This document shows, one piece after another, positions 26,464-28,260 of a DNA stretch of 28,260 nt (position 1 is the stretch's first letter; every line of letters starts with the position of its first letter). Made by a program: the position numbers and the translations under genes. The DNA comes from Promethearchaeota archaeon (GTDB lineage Archaea; Asgardarchaeota; Lokiarchaeia; Sigyniarchaeales; SOKP01), in assembly GCA_016926735.1 (NCBI GenBank), contig JAFGOA010000127.1:1-28260 (forward strand). Direction: 5' to 3'. The notes under the pieces were generated by a model that saw only the letters and a list, made by a program, of their open reading frames with translations, was not told the DNA's origin and did not search any database.

Positions 26464-28047
26464 ATGAGAATATTATATGTTAATCCAGCTAGAATTGAAT
26501 CTGGATTAGATGCAATAATAAAAGGTCCTCCTATGAGCCTTATATCTATAGCAGCTATGGTACCTGAACATGATGCTAAATTATTTGATTTTAAAATTCA
26601 TAAATTTAAAGAAAATCAATTTAGGAGAGAATTAAACCATTCAGATATAATTGCAATAACTTCTATGACGCCACAAATATCCCATGCACTTGAAATTGCA
26701 GAAAAAGCCAAAAATCAAGGATTGATTACAATAATAGGAGGATATCACCCCACTTTAGCCCCCGATTATGTTGCAAAACATCCATATGTAGATTACATAG
26801 TTAGAGGTGAAGGTGAGCATACATTTAAGGAGCTTATAGACTATATTGATGGTAATAAGAATCAAATGGAACTTAAGGATATTAAAGGAATTTCATTTTT
26901 GGATTCAAATAATCATATTCATCATAATGCTGAAAGACCACTAGAATTGAACTTGGATAATTTTCCTATGCCTAGAAGAGATTTATTAGATGATAAAAAA
27001 TATATATATTTAGGAGCTAGAGTAGCTCAACTTGAAACCTCAAGAGGGTGTCCACATTCATGCAAATTTTGTTGTATTGTTAAAATGTGGAAAGATCATA
27101 AACAACACATTGTATATCGTTCTAAAAGCATTTCTCGAATAATCAAAGAAATATATGATGTAAACTTAAAAAATGATTTCATCTTTTTTTGTGAAGATAA
27201 TTTTACTATTCAAGTAAAAAGAACGAAAAAAATTTTAGAAACAATTATAAGATCTGGTATTCAGAATAAGTTCTATTTTAGTGCTCAATCAAGAGTTGAT
27301 ACTTTATATAGAAATCCATGGATTATAGATTTAATGCATAAAGCTGGTATGCGTCAAATATTTTTAGGAATAGAGACAGTACATAAACAAAGCTTAAAGG
27401 CTATGAATAAAGGTAATCTTACACCAGAAATGACTCGAAAAGTAGTTTCTATGCTTCATGATCGAGGAATCTCTATATTTGGAGGAATAATTATAGGATT
27501 TCCAGGTGAGACCAAAACAATGGTACGTCAAACAATCCAGTTCGCGAGAAGCTTGGATCTAACATGTATGCAATTTACACCGATTACTGCTTTTCCAGGA
27601 ACTGAATTTTTTCAAGAAATGAAAGATGCTGATATGATTACTAGCAATAATTATAAGCATTATGATTTATTTCACCCGATGATGCGAACTTCTGAATTAT
27701 CAAGTAGAGAAATATATCGTTTAGTAGGTGAGGCTTATGCATCTACCTACTTAGATAGAGATTGGTTAATAACTCAAGGAAAAAGATTCTTAAATCCATT
27801 TGGAAAATTTAGTTGGATGTTTAAAAATATATTTAAACTTATGAAAGGAGTTGTGAGGAATGGATTAGAAATGCTTCATTCTCAAGGAATATCAAATGAT
27901 GTTATCTCAGATGAATTAAAAAATTTGATGAAAAATGGCTTGCCTCATGATCTTAATTTAAAAAGTAAGGTTAAGGAGGAACCTTTTCTTTTAACACTTA
28001 AATTGCCAAATAAAAAAAAAATTAAAGAAATATCCGAAATATTTTAA
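26464..28047 (+). CDS. B12-binding domain radical SAM protein
   Basis: GGYHPT, VRGEGE, ETSRGCPHSCKFC (CxxxCxxC), EDNF, GIET, GFPGET, FPGT. Confidence 0.92.
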   Translation: MRILYVNPARIESGLDAIIKGPPMSLISIAAMVPEHDAKLFDFKIHKFKENQFRRELNHSDIIAITSMTPQISHALEIAEKAKNQGLITIIGGYHPTLAPDYVAKHPYVDYIVRGEGEHTFKELIDYIDGNKNQMELKDIKGISFLDSNNHIHHNAERPLELNLDNFPMPRRDLLDDKKYIYLGARVAQLETSRGCPHSCKFCCIVKMWKDHKQHIVYRSKSISRIIKEIYDVNLKNDFIFFCEDNFTIQVKRTKKILETIIRSGIQNKFYFSAQSRVDTLYRNPWIIDLMHKAGMRQIFLGIETVHKQSLKAMNKGNLTPEMTRKVVSMLHDRGISIFGGIIIGFPGETKTMVRQTIQFARSLDLTCMQFTPITAFPGTEFFQEMKDADMITSNNYKHYDLFHPMMRTSELSSREIYRLVGEAYASTYLDRDWLITQGKRFLNPFGKFSWMFKNIFKLMKGVVRNGLEMLHSQGISNDVISDELKNLMKNGLPHDLNLKSKVKEEPFLLTLKLPNKKKIKEISEIF

Positions 28048-28118
28048 AGATATTTCATTAATTTGGTAATATTAAGATTTATCCATCTTGAGTTTAAAAT
28101 CTAAAGAATTTAAATGTT

Positions 28119-28259
28119 TTAGATATGGTGAGTTTTTTGAACTACTAAACCCTGAAGGATTTGGATTCCTAATTCCTCGACCACTGCCTCAATTAAATGA
28201 GGTTTCATACGATCTCCAAAGGCGTGAATTCCCGTAGTCCCTACGGTAGTATAATGATA
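28119..28259 (-). CDS. Probable C-terminal tail of a tnpB ORF that begins beyond the window
   Basis: Open frame YHYTTVGTTGIHAFGDRMKPHLIEAVVEELGIQILQGLVVQKTHHI*. TVGTTGIHAxGD is typical of TnpB tails that read through the omegaRNA. Confidence 0.5.
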   Translation of the reverse strand, partial: YHYTTVGTTGIHAFGDRMKPHLIEAVVEELGIQILQGLVVQKTHHI

Positions 28260-28260
28260 T
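28137..28260 (-). mobile_element. Right end/omegaRNA scaffold of an IS200/IS605-family (tnpB) element
   Basis: The minus strand reads ACTACCGTAGGGACTACGGGAATTCACGCCTTTGGAGA...GTCGAGGAATTAGGAATCCAAATCCTTCAGGGTTTAGTAGTTCAA. Hairpins: CCGTAG/CTACGG, CCTCA/TGAGG, AAATCC/GGGTTT. Terminus TTCAA; GC-richer than the flank. Confidence 0.8.

Noticed and set aside
1-28260. CRISPR array, tRNA or rRNA genes
   Set aside because: I saw no regularly spaced repeats, cloverleafs or GC-rich structural RNA other than the IS ends.

Overview
Very AT-rich archaeal DNA, most consistent with an Asgard (Lokiarchaeia-like) genome, as inferred from the Rab-like GTPases, longin-like proteins, His-type Thi4 and NcsA/TtuA. 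(1) 1-14.8 kb is a dense sulfur/Fe-S block: a frameshifted Lrp regulator with a Cys-rich tail, iscU, a ThiI-like PP-loop protein, cysK, cysE, sufS, thi4, nadA, iscS, PadR+HAAS, larE, ttuA/ncsA, a CopZ-N/BFD-like Fe-S gene, and two unannotated Cys-rich microproteins. (2) The CopZ-N/BFD gene is split by a ~1.6 kb IS607-family element inserted at a GG core. The element carries a 55-aa tnpA with its catalytic domain deleted in frame and a tnpB with a RuvC-III D->Q change. (3) 14.9-18.5 kb is an uncharacterised four-gene locus: two zinc-ribbon/coiled-coil paralogues, a membrane-anchored PD-(D/E)xK-like nuclease and a chaperone-like protein. queC/D/E follow it. (4) 20.9-25.0 kb is a co-oriented Rab-Rab-(receptor-like membrane protein with a longin-like tail)-(longin-like) cluster, a candidate transmembrane GTPase signalling module. 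(5) The window ends with two RHH paralogues, a B12 radical SAM gene and the right end/omegaRNA of an IS200/IS605 element. Several genes (iscU, cysK, padR, second Rab) appear to start at ATT/ATA placed a near-fixed distance after a GGTG Shine-Dalgarno. All calls come from reading motifs by eye; no database searches were run.
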